From an uncultured Bacteroidales bacterium (GTDB lineage Bacteria > Bacteroidota > Bacteroidia > Bacteroidales > UBA3824), in the NCBI GenBank assembly GCA_947168365.1, contig CAMVLO010000002.1, positions 68,770 through 132,769 on the forward strand: a DNA stretch of 64,000 nucleotides. Direction: 5' to 3'. Below the pieces are notes generated by a model. The model worked only from the letters and a program-made list of their open reading frames with translations. It had not been told where the DNA came from and did not search any database. The position numbers and the translations under genes were made by a program. Positions 18,470 to 27,466 of this stretch are shown here, piece by piece. Numbering within the stretch: position 1 is the first letter of the stretch; the number at the start of each line of letters is the position of its first letter.

Positions 18470-19438
18470 ATGAAAAAAATTATATTATCCTTATTGATGT
18501 TGATGAGTTTCACGTACTTGAGTGCGCAGAATCTCAGTTCACCGCAAGAATCTTATACTGAAGAATCTGAGGATTCTTTTGATGATTACGATGTAGATAA
18601 TAATTCTAGCATCGAGAAAAAAAGTTCAGCAAATACCGGAGTAAATCATGAGGTTCATATTAAAGGAGAGCGTACCGAAAGCGATCCGAAAGTTCGTAAG
18701 TATACTGTTACTCCGCAAAAAATGCCGTATATTTTGTCTACTCCATACGTAGATACTACATATAAAATTTACGATTTTGCTGACGTATTGACACAGGAAC
18801 AGGAAGACAAAATTACGAAACGTTGTCACGAATTTGTACAGGCCACAGGTTTGGATATAGCAATTGTTACATTAAATTATGTGAATCATCAATCGTATGG
18901 ACAGTGGACTTCGTATGAAACCTATATCCAAGATTTTTATGATTACAACGATTTCGGAAAAGATGAAAAATTTTCCGGAGTAATGCTTTTGCTTGATTTA
19001 CAGCATGGTAAAAATTCAATATTTGATGCCGGAAAACCATTTGAGCAGAGTTTTATGGCTTATCAATTGGAGTATTACGGTCCGGAAATGCGACCTCTTT
19101 TCGATAGGCAGCAATATTTTGATGAAATAATGTGGTTTATCGAAAATACGGAGTCAGATTGGTGTTACGACCAATCGTTTCCATTTTGGAAATGTCTGAT
19201 TTTCGGTTCGTTAATCGCAATGATAATTTTCTTTGCTCACAAGTCGCGTTACAAACTTGTGTTCAAAATGACTTCGGCAAACAGTTATAAAGTAAAAGAT
19301 TCATTTAATCTTACACAAAACTCAACAACCTTTGTAAAAACTTTTACAACAAGAACTTACTCACCTCGCTCTTCATCGTCAGGCGGCAGTTCCGGTTCTG
19401 GCAGTTCCGGTGGCGGTCACTCCGGTGGTAGTTTCTAA
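18470..19438 (+). CDS. TPM-domain (YgcG-like) protein
   Basis: Signal peptide. YDFADVLTQEQEDKITKRCHEF...GLDIAIVT is a TPM-like start. There is a TM helix and a Gly/Ser-rich tail (SSSSGGSSGSGSSGGGHSGGSF) typical of this family. Confidence 0.75.
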   Translation: MKKIILSLLMLMSFTYLSAQNLSSPQESYTEESEDSFDDYDVDNNSSIEKKSSANTGVNHEVHIKGERTESDPKVRKYTVTPQKMPYILSTPYVDTTYKIYDFADVLTQEQEDKITKRCHEFVQATGLDIAIVTLNYVNHQSYGQWTSYETYIQDFYDYNDFGKDEKFSGVMLLLDLQHGKNSIFDAGKPFEQSFMAYQLEYYGPEMRPLFDRQQYFDEIMWFIENTESDWCYDQSFPFWKCLIFGSLIAMIIFFAHKSRYKLVFKMTSANSYKVKDSFNLTQNSTTFVKTFTTRTYSPRSSSSGGSSGSGSSGGGHSGGSF

Positions 19439-19474
19439 ATAAAAGTAAAATAAACTATTTGTTAATATAAAAAA

Positions 19475-19508
19475 AATCCTCTTTGTATATGCCGAGGAGG
19501 ATTTTTTT
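19475..19508 (+). terminator. Rho-independent terminator
   Basis: AATCCTC...GAGGATT stem followed by a T run. Confidence 0.6.
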
Positions 19509-19559
19509 CGTTATCTATATATCAAACTTTTAATTTCGTTCTTTTATATTTCCTAAACC

Positions 19560-20495
19560 ATGAAAAAGATTTTAACTTTATTAATAATTTGTTTGGCATA
19601 TAACTCACTTTTGGGACAGGTTTCGCCATTATCGTTGAAAGGTACCAAAATCGTGGATGATAAAGGTGACATTGTAAAACTTTATGGAATGAGTTTTTCT
19701 TGGCACAATTGGTGGGGAAAATATTATAATGCCAACTATACTTCGCAACTAAAAAACGATTGGAATTGCAATGTTGTGCGAGCTTCGATTGGAGTTGCAG
19801 AAAAAAACGACTGGATAAAAAATTCTTTTTATGCTCAGCAATGCCTTGATAATGTTGTAACTGAGGCAATTAATCAAAATCTTTATGTGATTATCGATTT
19901 CCATTCGCACGAGCTGAAACTCAAAGAGGCAATTCGATTTTTTGGAATTCAAGCGAAAAAATACGGTAAATATCCGAATGTGATTTTTGAAATTTTCAAC
20001 GAACCGGTAAATCAAACTTGGCCTGAGTTGAAAAAATACGCTGAAGATGTATGCAAAGTTATCAGAAAATATTCCGACAATCTTATTTTGATGGGAACTC
20101 CTCAATGGAATCAGCAGTTGCTTATGGCTGTGGAAGATCCGATAAAAGGTTTTGACAATCTGATGTATACATTGCATTTCTATTCAGGAACTCACAAAGA
20201 CGGATTGCGCCGAATTCTCAAAAAAGCCCTTGATGCCGGGTTGCCCGTTTTTGTATCAGAGTGTGGGGCGATGAGTGCCGATGGCAGAGGCGTTATCAAC
20301 GAGTCTGAATTCAACATCTGGGTTGATTTGCTCGAAAAATACGATGTGCCAATTATACTTTGGTCTATTGCCGATAAGGAGGAAACTTGTTCAATTCTGA
20401 AACCTGATACAGATCCCGATGCACATATCGACGATTCTGTTTTAACAGAATGGGGTTTGATGTGCAAAAAATTTATTTCAGAACACAACAAGTAA
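19560..20495 (+). CDS. Glycoside hydrolase family 5 (endoglucanase-like)
   Basis: Signal peptide. VIIDFHSH, IFEIFNEP (acid/base Glu) and FVSECG (nucleophile Glu) are GH5 blocks. Confidence 0.85.
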   Translation: MKKILTLLIICLAYNSLLGQVSPLSLKGTKIVDDKGDIVKLYGMSFSWHNWWGKYYNANYTSQLKNDWNCNVVRASIGVAEKNDWIKNSFYAQQCLDNVVTEAINQNLYVIIDFHSHELKLKEAIRFFGIQAKKYGKYPNVIFEIFNEPVNQTWPELKKYAEDVCKVIRKYSDNLILMGTPQWNQQLLMAVEDPIKGFDNLMYTLHFYSGTHKDGLRRILKKALDAGLPVFVSECGAMSADGRGVINESEFNIWVDLLEKYDVPIILWSIADKEETCSILKPDTDPDAHIDDSVLTEWGLMCKKFISEHNK

Positions 20496-20714
20496 AAAAC
20501 GTATTATCTTTTTCTTAATTTTTATAAATTTAATTTACTATTTTAAGTTAATTAACAAATTTAGTCGGACTGTAAAAACTAAACCATCCCCCTACGCTTT
20601 ATTTTAGTGTAGGGGTTTCCTGTTTTAATATTTTTTTACAAAATAATAATCGTATTTTTGTCAATGTAAAATAAAGTAACTATTTTTGCTAATCAGATAA
20701 AAAAGTTAAAAGAA

Positions 20715-21111
20715 TTGGTTTTCAGGTTTTTGATACTACTGTTTTTATTGCTTTCAACGTCTTGTAAAGATATTAAGCAAGACGTTGAAAATCAGTATGC
20801 CAGCACTTTTCAAAACGATGATACGGACTGCGATTTTTTGAAAATACGTGAGTTTATGTTTGACGGCGACCGTTACAACGACGTTGAAAAAACTTTACGA
20901 GGCGGTCGATTTCAGCGGAATGTTGGACATTCCTCACAATGCTGCAAACAAAATGATGCTGAAAATCCTTTACGCAACCGATTACAGCATTGCGTATTCT
21001 CAGTTGTACAAATTTTCTTCCGAGACTTACAATTTTGAGCCTCAGACGAAAATCCGTATTCACAAAGACGCTGAATGTCAGAAAATCAACACGTTGGTAA
21101 TTAGTTATTAG
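20715..21111 (+). pseudogene. Small lipoprotein gene, apparently frameshifted
   Basis: Frame A gives a good lipoprotein N-terminus (LLLLSTSCKD...) up to about 20890. Frame B gives a protein-like C-terminus (LYEAVDFSGMLDIPHNAANKMMLKILYATDY...) from about 20893 to 21111. The frames switch at an A6 run (20887-20892). Confidence 0.4.
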
Positions 21112-21120
21112 TGTTCTTTT

Positions 21121-21171
21121 GGAGTGCGGGCTTCCAGCCCGCTTTTTGGGCGGACGAGCCGTCCGCACTCC
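21121..21171. other. GC-rich compound hairpin element (includes a terminator-like hairpin plus T5)
   Basis: Outer stem GGAGTGCGG/CCGCACTCC. Inner hairpins GCGGGC-ttcca-GCCCGC (+TTTTT) and GCGGAC-gagcc-GTCCGC. Confidence 0.5.
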
Positions 21172-21262
21172 AATTATTTATAATAGTTAACGCCCTATCA
21201 ACCAATTCCAAAATTTTTCAAAAAAAACTTCAAAAAAATTTTTTTATTCCAAATAACGTCTC

Positions 21263-21270
21263 TATTTTTG
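21263..21270 (+). promoter_or_regulatory. TAnnTTTG -7 box
   Basis: TATTTTTG lies 26 nt upstream of the ATG at 21296. Confidence 0.45.
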
Positions 21271-21295
21271 CGGTGTACTAATACATTAATACACT

Positions 21296-22117
21296 ATGAT
21301 TGTAATCAACGATTTAAAATTCAATTATGCAAAACACGAGGTGTTTGATAATTTGAGCCTTACTTTTAACGAAGGTAAAATTTACGGTCTTCTCGGTCTG
21401 AACGGCGCGGGAAAAAGTACTCTGCTTTATTTGATGTCGGGTTTGCTTTTCGCTGACAAAGGCAAAATTGAGTTCAACGGATACGACGTTACAAAACGTA
21501 ACCCAAAAGCCTTGGCGGATATGTTTTTGGTGCCGGAAGAGTTTGAACTGCCGAGACTTACGTTTGAAAAATACGTAGAACTCAACGCGCCTTTTTATCC
21601 GAATTTCAGCCGCGAAACCTTTGAAAAATGTCTTCAAGGTTTCAACATGAGTGCCGACATCCGTCTCGACAAACTCTCAATGGGTCAGAAGAAAAAAGCG
21701 TTTATGTGTTTTGCCCTCGCCGCAAACACTTCGCTCCTGATTATGGACGAGCCGACCAACGGTCTTGACATTCCCTCAAAAAGTCAATTCCGACAAGTGG
21801 TTTCGTCGTGCATGAACGACAACCGCACAATCGTAATTTCAACGCATCAAGTCCGTGATGTTGAGAACCTTATCGACCATATCACAATCATCAACGACAA
21901 AAAAGCCGTGTTTGATTACAGCGTTGCCGACATCACCGAAAAACTCTTTTTCACGACCGAAAAAACTGAAAATCCGCTTTTTACGCAAGAAGTTTTCGGC
22001 GGACAACTTTCGGTTTGCAAACGTCAAAACGAAAACGACGAAACTCCGCTCAACATCGAACTCCTTTTCAACGCGGTTTTGGCGGATTGCGGAAAAATCA
22101 ATGAAGTGTTTAATTAA
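21296..22117 (+). CDS. ABC transporter ATP-binding protein (YtrB-like)
   Basis: GLNGAGKSTLL (Walker A), LSMGQKKK (signature), LLIMDEPTNGLD (Walker B). Confidence 0.9.
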   Translation: MIVINDLKFNYAKHEVFDNLSLTFNEGKIYGLLGLNGAGKSTLLYLMSGLLFADKGKIEFNGYDVTKRNPKALADMFLVPEEFELPRLTFEKYVELNAPFYPNFSRETFEKCLQGFNMSADIRLDKLSMGQKKKAFMCFALAANTSLLIMDEPTNGLDIPSKSQFRQVVSSCMNDNRTIVISTHQVRDVENLIDHITIINDKKAVFDYSVADITEKLFFTTEKTENPLFTQEVFGGQLSVCKRQNENDETPLNIELLFNAVLADCGKINEVFN

Positions 22118-22183
22118 CCACAGAAAACACAGAATACACGGAAAATTGAAAATAATTCTGTGATTTCCGTGTCTTCCGTGGTT
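22116..22183. repeat. Imperfect inverted repeat built from CAC(A/G)GAA-type words (REP-like hairpin)
   Basis: AACCACAGAAAACACAGAATACACGGAAA ... TTCTGTGATTTCCGTGTCTTCCGTGGTT. A related half-copy lies at 25497-25527. Confidence 0.5.
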
Positions 22184-22202
22184 CAAAAAAATATAAAAAG
22201 TT

Positions 22203-22937
22203 ATGAATGAAGTATTTAGTTTTTTCAGACTTTCAAAACTGTTGAAATTACAGTTTAGACTTGCCGCCAAACCGCTGATTCTCTATGCGTCAGTTTCTCT
22301 TTTCTTTTATGTGCTGACTCTGTGGCTTATCGGAACGCAAAGCGGCAAAAGGATTTGGGAAGGTTTTTGGATTTTGACGTGCATAACAGGTACGGGCGGT
22401 GTGCTTTTGGTTTCAAGCGCGGTTTGCGCAAATATCCGCAACAAAATCGCATTTCAAAACTTTAACCTTTTGCCAGCGTCAAACTTGGAAAAAATCTTGT
22501 CAAGAGTGCTGATTTGCAATATTTTACCGCTGACAATCTGGCTTGTGCTGTCGTTTTTGCTCCATTTTAACGATGACTTTGCTTTTAACCTCGGATTTGG
22601 AGAGCCAACCGTCGTGATTGTACATACTGTTATGTTCTTTATTTTGGTGTGGCTTTCGTCGCTAAGCACGTTTTGGGGCGTGGTGTTCAGAAGGTTTGGA
22701 TTTGTGGCTTTTGTTGTTACGACAACGCTCTTTATCGTGCTGATTGTTAACTGGTTGATAGAGGCAAATCTGATGTTTTTAGACCCGGTATTCCGCTTTA
22801 TTTCAAATGATGCGACATACAAAAATTTGCTGCTTGTAACGGGGCTTTTTTTCGGCTTGTTAACGCTGATTAATTTAACGGCTGCGTATTTCGTATACCG
22901 CCGTAAAGAAATGAAACTCAAACTTTTAAACTGGTAA
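22203..22937 (+). CDS. Multi-pass membrane protein (ABC-associated)
   Basis: 244 aa with about 6 hydrophobic helices. Same strand, between the ABC ATPase and the GntR regulator. Confidence 0.7.
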   Translation: MNEVFSFFRLSKLLKLQFRLAAKPLILYASVSLFFYVLTLWLIGTQSGKRIWEGFWILTCITGTGGVLLVSSAVCANIRNKIAFQNFNLLPASNLEKILSRVLICNILPLTIWLVLSFLLHFNDDFAFNLGFGEPTVVIVHTVMFFILVWLSSLSTFWGVVFRRFGFVAFVVTTTLFIVLIVNWLIEANLMFLDPVFRFISNDATYKNLLLVTGLFFGLLTLINLTAAYFVYRRKEMKLKLLNW

Positions 22938-22942
22938 AAATT

Positions 22943-23653
22943 ATGGAAGAATTTAATTTTAAAAGGTTTTGGAACGTTTTTCGGCTCGAACTCACCAAAA
23001 TCAAAACAATATATATCGCGACGGCGGTTTTTATCCTCAGCGTCATCGTGTTATCTGACACGCTTTTGATGATTCCGCAGATTCAGAGAAACATAGTTTT
23101 AATGATTGCGAATGTGTCAAAAGGTTTGCTGTTTATCGGCGTGATTTATTCGAGCATGATGTTTGCCTATGCGGGCTGGAACAAAACCATGATTCCCGAC
23201 CTTATGCAACCCGCTTTGCCTGCCGAAAAATTCTGGGCAAAATTTTCAGTTTATTGGCTGATTCCTGCGCTGTTTGCGTTTTTTACCATTTGGATAACAC
23301 CGCAAATGGAGTATGACGGCTCAGAGGTTTCCACATGGGAAGGTGCGCGGTTGTTGTTTTGTCTGTATCTCTGTTTTTCAGGCATTATGATTTTGGCGGG
23401 AGCAATTTTTTTCAAAAAAGCAGCCGGAAAAATGCTTGGCGTTTTGGTCGGAATTATTATTTTTTCGACGATAATGCTCGCTAATTTCGGCAAAAATATT
23501 CCGAAGCCTGAATGGATACACCAATTCGCCAACTATCTCGCGGCTGAAAGTTACAGAATTACAATTTTTCAACTCGCAGTCGGCTTTTTGGTCGTAACGG
23601 TTTGCACAGCAATCGCTTACAGAAGATTCAAACGTTTAACTCTTAAACATTAA
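22943..23653 (+). CDS. Multi-pass membrane protein (ABC-associated)
   Basis: 236 aa with about 6 hydrophobic helices. Starts 5 nt after the preceding stop. Confidence 0.7.
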   Translation: MEEFNFKRFWNVFRLELTKIKTIYIATAVFILSVIVLSDTLLMIPQIQRNIVLMIANVSKGLLFIGVIYSSMMFAYAGWNKTMIPDLMQPALPAEKFWAKFSVYWLIPALFAFFTIWITPQMEYDGSEVSTWEGARLLFCLYLCFSGIMILAGAIFFKKAAGKMLGVLVGIIIFSTIMLANFGKNIPKPEWIHQFANYLAAESYRITIFQLAVGFLVVTVCTAIAYRRFKRLTLKH

Positions 23654-23659
23654 AAAATT

Positions 23660-24022
23660 ATGGATTTCAAAGAAAGCAGACCGATATATTTGCAGATTGC
23701 CGATAAAATCTGCGGCGAAATCTTAACCGGCAAATTCGCTGAAAATGAGCGTATTCCCTCGGTCAGAGAATATGCTTCCGGGTTGGAAGTAAACGCCAAC
23801 ACCGTAGTCCGCTCATACGATTTTTTGCAAAACAAAGACATCATTTTCAACAAGCGCGGAATAGGATATTTTGTGGCGGAAGGTGCGGCGGAAAAAATCC
23901 TTCAAATGCGCAGAGAGATGTTTATGAATGAGCAACTTAAAGATTTTTTCAACGAAATCGACATCCTCAAAATCTCTATCAACGAAATTGTGGAACTGTA
24001 TAATCAACGGAATAAATCATGA
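23660..24022 (+). CDS. GntR family transcriptional regulator (YtrA subfamily, short form)
   Basis: PIYLQIADKI...RIPSVREYASGLEVNANTVVRSYDFLQNKDIIFNKRGIGYFV is a winged-HTH GntR signature. 120 aa. Confidence 0.85.
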   Translation: MDFKESRPIYLQIADKICGEILTGKFAENERIPSVREYASGLEVNANTVVRSYDFLQNKDIIFNKRGIGYFVAEGAAEKILQMRREMFMNEQLKDFFNEIDILKISINEIVELYNQRNKS

Positions 24023-25416
24023 AAAAGATAATATTGTCGGTTGTAACGGCGGTGATGTTTGCCGCCTGCAACCCTTACGGCAGCGAAATACCTCGTTCTT
24101 TGGTCGGTAATTACATCAGTCTGAATGACAGAGGATGGAAACTCGGACTTTTTGAAGAGTTTGCGATTTATCAGAACGATTTTTGGAACTACAAATCAGT
24201 TTCGGACAATGAAATAGTTTTAACGAAAAAAAACGGAGAATCTGCAACGCTGAAATTTTCAAAATCAGAGTTTTCAAAAGTGGTTGAAACTGGCGAATGT
24301 AATTTCCCTGCTCTTGTTTTTAACGGTGATACTATTGTAAATTTTGACATGCCGTCCAAGGCTTTTCTTTCGGGAATTTCACCGTGGTACAAAACGTTTT
24401 TTGAAAACATCGAGCCTGATACGTCGCAATTAAAAAAGCACGAATACAAAATCGACACGGCAGTCGTTAGGCTTTACATCAGAAACACGGCAAAAGGTAT
24501 GATTGCATTTAAAAAACGGAAACAGAACCGCCTTCATGACTTTACTGTTTTAAATTATTTGGAAGAGAGATCAATTTCGGGTTTCCCGCTTGATTCTACA
24601 GAACATTATGGTTACCGTTACGAATTCAAAATTCCGGTTACAGGCATTTCTGAACTGCCGTCATGCGAATTATGCGATTATCATCATCCACATTGGAATT
24701 ATTGTTTCCCTTCAAACAAAAATCTTAATTTTATTGTTGAGCCGGGCGATACGCTGATGTTTTATGCTTTTGAAGATGATATTTCTTTTGTATCAAACAA
24801 TGCAAGTGGCAAAATTGAATGTATGGGCGGCAACGCTCGTTTCAATGCAGAGAAAAACGCGACACTTGGATTGCAGGATGGTCCGTATCATCGTGAAATA
24901 AACTATAGTGACGGAACGAAAGAAACCTTCGATCGAAACCTTGTGTTTGCCGAATCTGAAGTGCTTTTTTCTGATAAGTTTAAGAAAATATGGAACTTAA
25001 AATACGGAGACGGCGGTTCGTTATTAAGTGAGGACAAAATTTTTATGGCTGTCAATATGTTTGACAGCGTGAACAATACCATTATGGCGAGTGCCGATTC
25101 GTTACCTTCAACGGAGAAAAATCTTTCGCTTCATCCGGACTGGATTCTTTGTGAAAGCGATTCTGTTAATACTATCATAAATCCCGAATTTATAACTAAA
25201 GAAATGGGACTGAGTGCGGATTTTGTAGAGTTTTACAGACTTATGCACGCGGTACAGTTTTATGATGATTTTTCAGAACCGAAACCGTTTAAAGATTTTG
25301 AGTATCAAAATGTTATAAATAATCTTTCACGAGAGGATTACAAACGTTATTTGAACGATAAAATTAAACAGAAGGAAAGAACTTTGTATCATCAGAACTC
25401 GTTTTCCTATTTGTAA
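24019..25416 (+). CDS. Lipoprotein, paralog family member A (no thioredoxin domain)
   Basis: MKKIILSVVTAVMFAACNPYGSEIP lipobox. The start overlaps the GntR stop (ATGA). The N-terminal half is similar to the next gene. Confidence 0.7.
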   Translation: MKKIILSVVTAVMFAACNPYGSEIPRSLVGNYISLNDRGWKLGLFEEFAIYQNDFWNYKSVSDNEIVLTKKNGESATLKFSKSEFSKVVETGECNFPALVFNGDTIVNFDMPSKAFLSGISPWYKTFFENIEPDTSQLKKHEYKIDTAVVRLYIRNTAKGMIAFKKRKQNRLHDFTVLNYLEERSISGFPLDSTEHYGYRYEFKIPVTGISELPSCELCDYHHPHWNYCFPSNKNLNFIVEPGDTLMFYAFEDDISFVSNNASGKIECMGGNARFNAEKNATLGLQDGPYHREINYSDGTKETFDRNLVFAESEVLFSDKFKKIWNLKYGDGGSLLSEDKIFMAVNMFDSVNNTIMASADSLPSTEKNLSLHPDWILCESDSVNTIINPEFITKEMGLSADFVEFYRLMHAVQFYDDFSEPKPFKDFEYQNVINNLSREDYKRYLNDKIKQKERTLYHQNSFSYL

Positions 25417-25496
25417 ACCGTTTTACTATTCGGTTGCATAGAAATAAGAAAAAATTTTACGGGCGTTTTTTGCTCGGAACTGTCTACATTTTTTTT

Positions 25497-25527
25497 AACC
25501 ACGAAAAGCACGGAGTACACAAAAAAG
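25497..25527. repeat. Half-copy of the CAC(A/G)GAA-word element
   Basis: AACCACGAAAAGCACGGAGTACACAAAAAAG resembles the left arm of the element at 22116-22183. Confidence 0.4.
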
Positions 25528-25582
25528 TAAATTTTTCGGTTTTTCAGTGAATTTCGTTGTAAATTTTAAAAATTGTAAAATC

Positions 25583-27391
25583 ATGAAAAAGATAATATTG
25601 TCAGTTGTAACGGCGGTGATGTTTGCCGCCTGCAACCCTTACGGCAGCGAAATACCAAAACAACTCGTCGGAAACTGGATTAATGAACAAAACGGTAATT
25701 ACGATTACGGTTTTTTTGAAGAATTTGCTGTCATAAAAAACGATTTTTGGAAATACAAATCCGTTACGGAAAAAGAAATCGTCTTGGAAAATAAAAACAC
25801 ACAAAAAACTTTGTCAGTCAATGTTTTAAGCGATTCAACGATAACTGTTGACGGCGAAAAATATTTCAAAATCATTTATCCCGAAGGCGTAGAAAACACT
25901 TCCCTGTTGGAAGTGAAAAAAATAGCCGATGTGTATTTGCAAAAAATGTCGTATTTCCCTGACGTTAAAGAAGATACATCAGATTTTGCGCCGTACGTTT
26001 ACAACCGTTACGACTCTGCGACGGTAAACTATTACGAAAGAAACACGGCTAAGGGTTTTAATTCGTTTTCAAGGCGGTTTCATTCTGGTAATCATACCAA
26101 ATATTTGGACATCGTGAAAATGAACAACAACGGTTTTCACGGCTGCGGGTCGCATATCATTGACACGACGGAGCATTACGGCGAAAGATATGTTTTCAGA
26201 GTTCCGACCGAGGGTGTCAGCGAAATTCATGACGGCAATCTGCTTGAAAATTGGGGCGAAGTCATTTATTTGCCGTCAATTATCGAACCTGATGACACGC
26301 TGTCGTTTTTCCTTTCACGCGAGACTTTTGATGTTTTCGGTTATAGAAACGAACATTACGTAATGGGCAACAATCAGAGGTTTTACCGCGAGCAGGATTT
26401 GTTTTTCAATTATCTTGTAAGTCAGAATATTAGAGAATACAACTATGGTAGAAGTGGTGAAATGGATCCAGATTCTACTTCTTATTATTACAGACGTTAT
26501 AAAAGTTTTGTAGAGGATACAACGCTTTTGGCAAAATTTGTCGCGCAAAGCAAAATGCCGCTGTCAAAAAAATTTGTGCATTACAACAAAAATGTAACGC
26601 TTTACAAATTTGCTTCGGAGATTGTCGGATGCGAAGAGGCGGAAGATTTTTTCAAGCAAAATCCGCAACTTTTCAACGAACAGGAAGTTTTGCTGAGTTA
26701 CTGGGGCGTTACCTTTGTGATGAAATATCTTAAAAATCAACGAGATACTATTGAAATTGTCCAAGATAATAACCCCTATATTATGTGTGTAGGCGGGTTT
26801 ATCAATCCGAAAAAAGTAAAAGATTTGGGTTTCAGCGATGATTTTGTGGACTTGTTGAGGTTCGAGTTTTTTGATATTTATAAGGACAAAATGGGAGACG
26901 ATTATGTGTATGCTTTTACAGATGAGGAAAAGCAGCATTTTCTTTCCAATGTCAAAAGCGAAAAATACCGCAAGGAAATGGAGTACTTTTTTGCCCAAAC
27001 CGGCGATTCTGTTTTTGCGGATTTGATAAAGGATTACAAAGGCAAAGTTGTGCTGTTGGAATTTTTTGATGCGTTTGGTAAAGAAAGCCGGACAATGACT
27101 TTCGAGACAATAAAATTGGAAGACGAATTTTTAAGCAAGGACGTTGAATTTGTGTATATTGCGAGGGATTTTGGGACGGATTGGAAGGATTTTAGAAATA
27201 AAACCAAAGGACATCTTTTTCCGCTTCAAGATTATAAGTTTATCGGCGTGCTTAATAAATTTCAAGCGTCAATGTATCTTCCGTTATATGTCATTGTCGG
27301 CAAAGACGGCGAGGTGAAAGATTTTCACACGGGATTCAAAGGCGCGGAATATTACAGGGAAAAATTTGAAGAAGAGTTGGGAAAAAATTGA
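25583..27391 (+). CDS. Lipoprotein, paralog family member B, with degenerate thioredoxin-like C-terminal domain (no CxxC)
   Basis: Same signal peptide as member A. The C-terminus aligns with member C (ADLIKDYKGKVVLLEFFDAFGKES vs VDLIKDFKGKVVLVDFWNTWCGPC; IVGKDGEVKDFHTGFKGAEYY vs IIGKDGMVKDFHTGFHGAEYY). I prefer the ATG at 25583. Confidence 0.75.
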   Translation: MKKIILSVVTAVMFAACNPYGSEIPKQLVGNWINEQNGNYDYGFFEEFAVIKNDFWKYKSVTEKEIVLENKNTQKTLSVNVLSDSTITVDGEKYFKIIYPEGVENTSLLEVKKIADVYLQKMSYFPDVKEDTSDFAPYVYNRYDSATVNYYERNTAKGFNSFSRRFHSGNHTKYLDIVKMNNNGFHGCGSHIIDTTEHYGERYVFRVPTEGVSEIHDGNLLENWGEVIYLPSIIEPDDTLSFFLSRETFDVFGYRNEHYVMGNNQRFYREQDLFFNYLVSQNIREYNYGRSGEMDPDSTSYYYRRYKSFVEDTTLLAKFVAQSKMPLSKKFVHYNKNVTLYKFASEIVGCEEAEDFFKQNPQLFNEQEVLLSYWGVTFVMKYLKNQRDTIEIVQDNNPYIMCVGGFINPKKVKDLGFSDDFVDLLRFEFFDIYKDKMGDDYVYAFTDEEKQHFLSNVKSEKYRKEMEYFFAQTGDSVFADLIKDYKGKVVLLEFFDAFGKESRTMTFETIKLEDEFLSKDVEFVYIARDFGTDWKDFRNKTKGHLFPLQDYKFIGVLNKFQASMYLPLYVIVGKDGEVKDFHTGFKGAEYYREKFEEELGKN

Positions 27392-27466
27392 TTTTTTTCT
27401 GTAATATTTTTGAAATTCTGTTGTCTAATATGCGGAATATTCCAAAACACATAAATTATTAAAATA

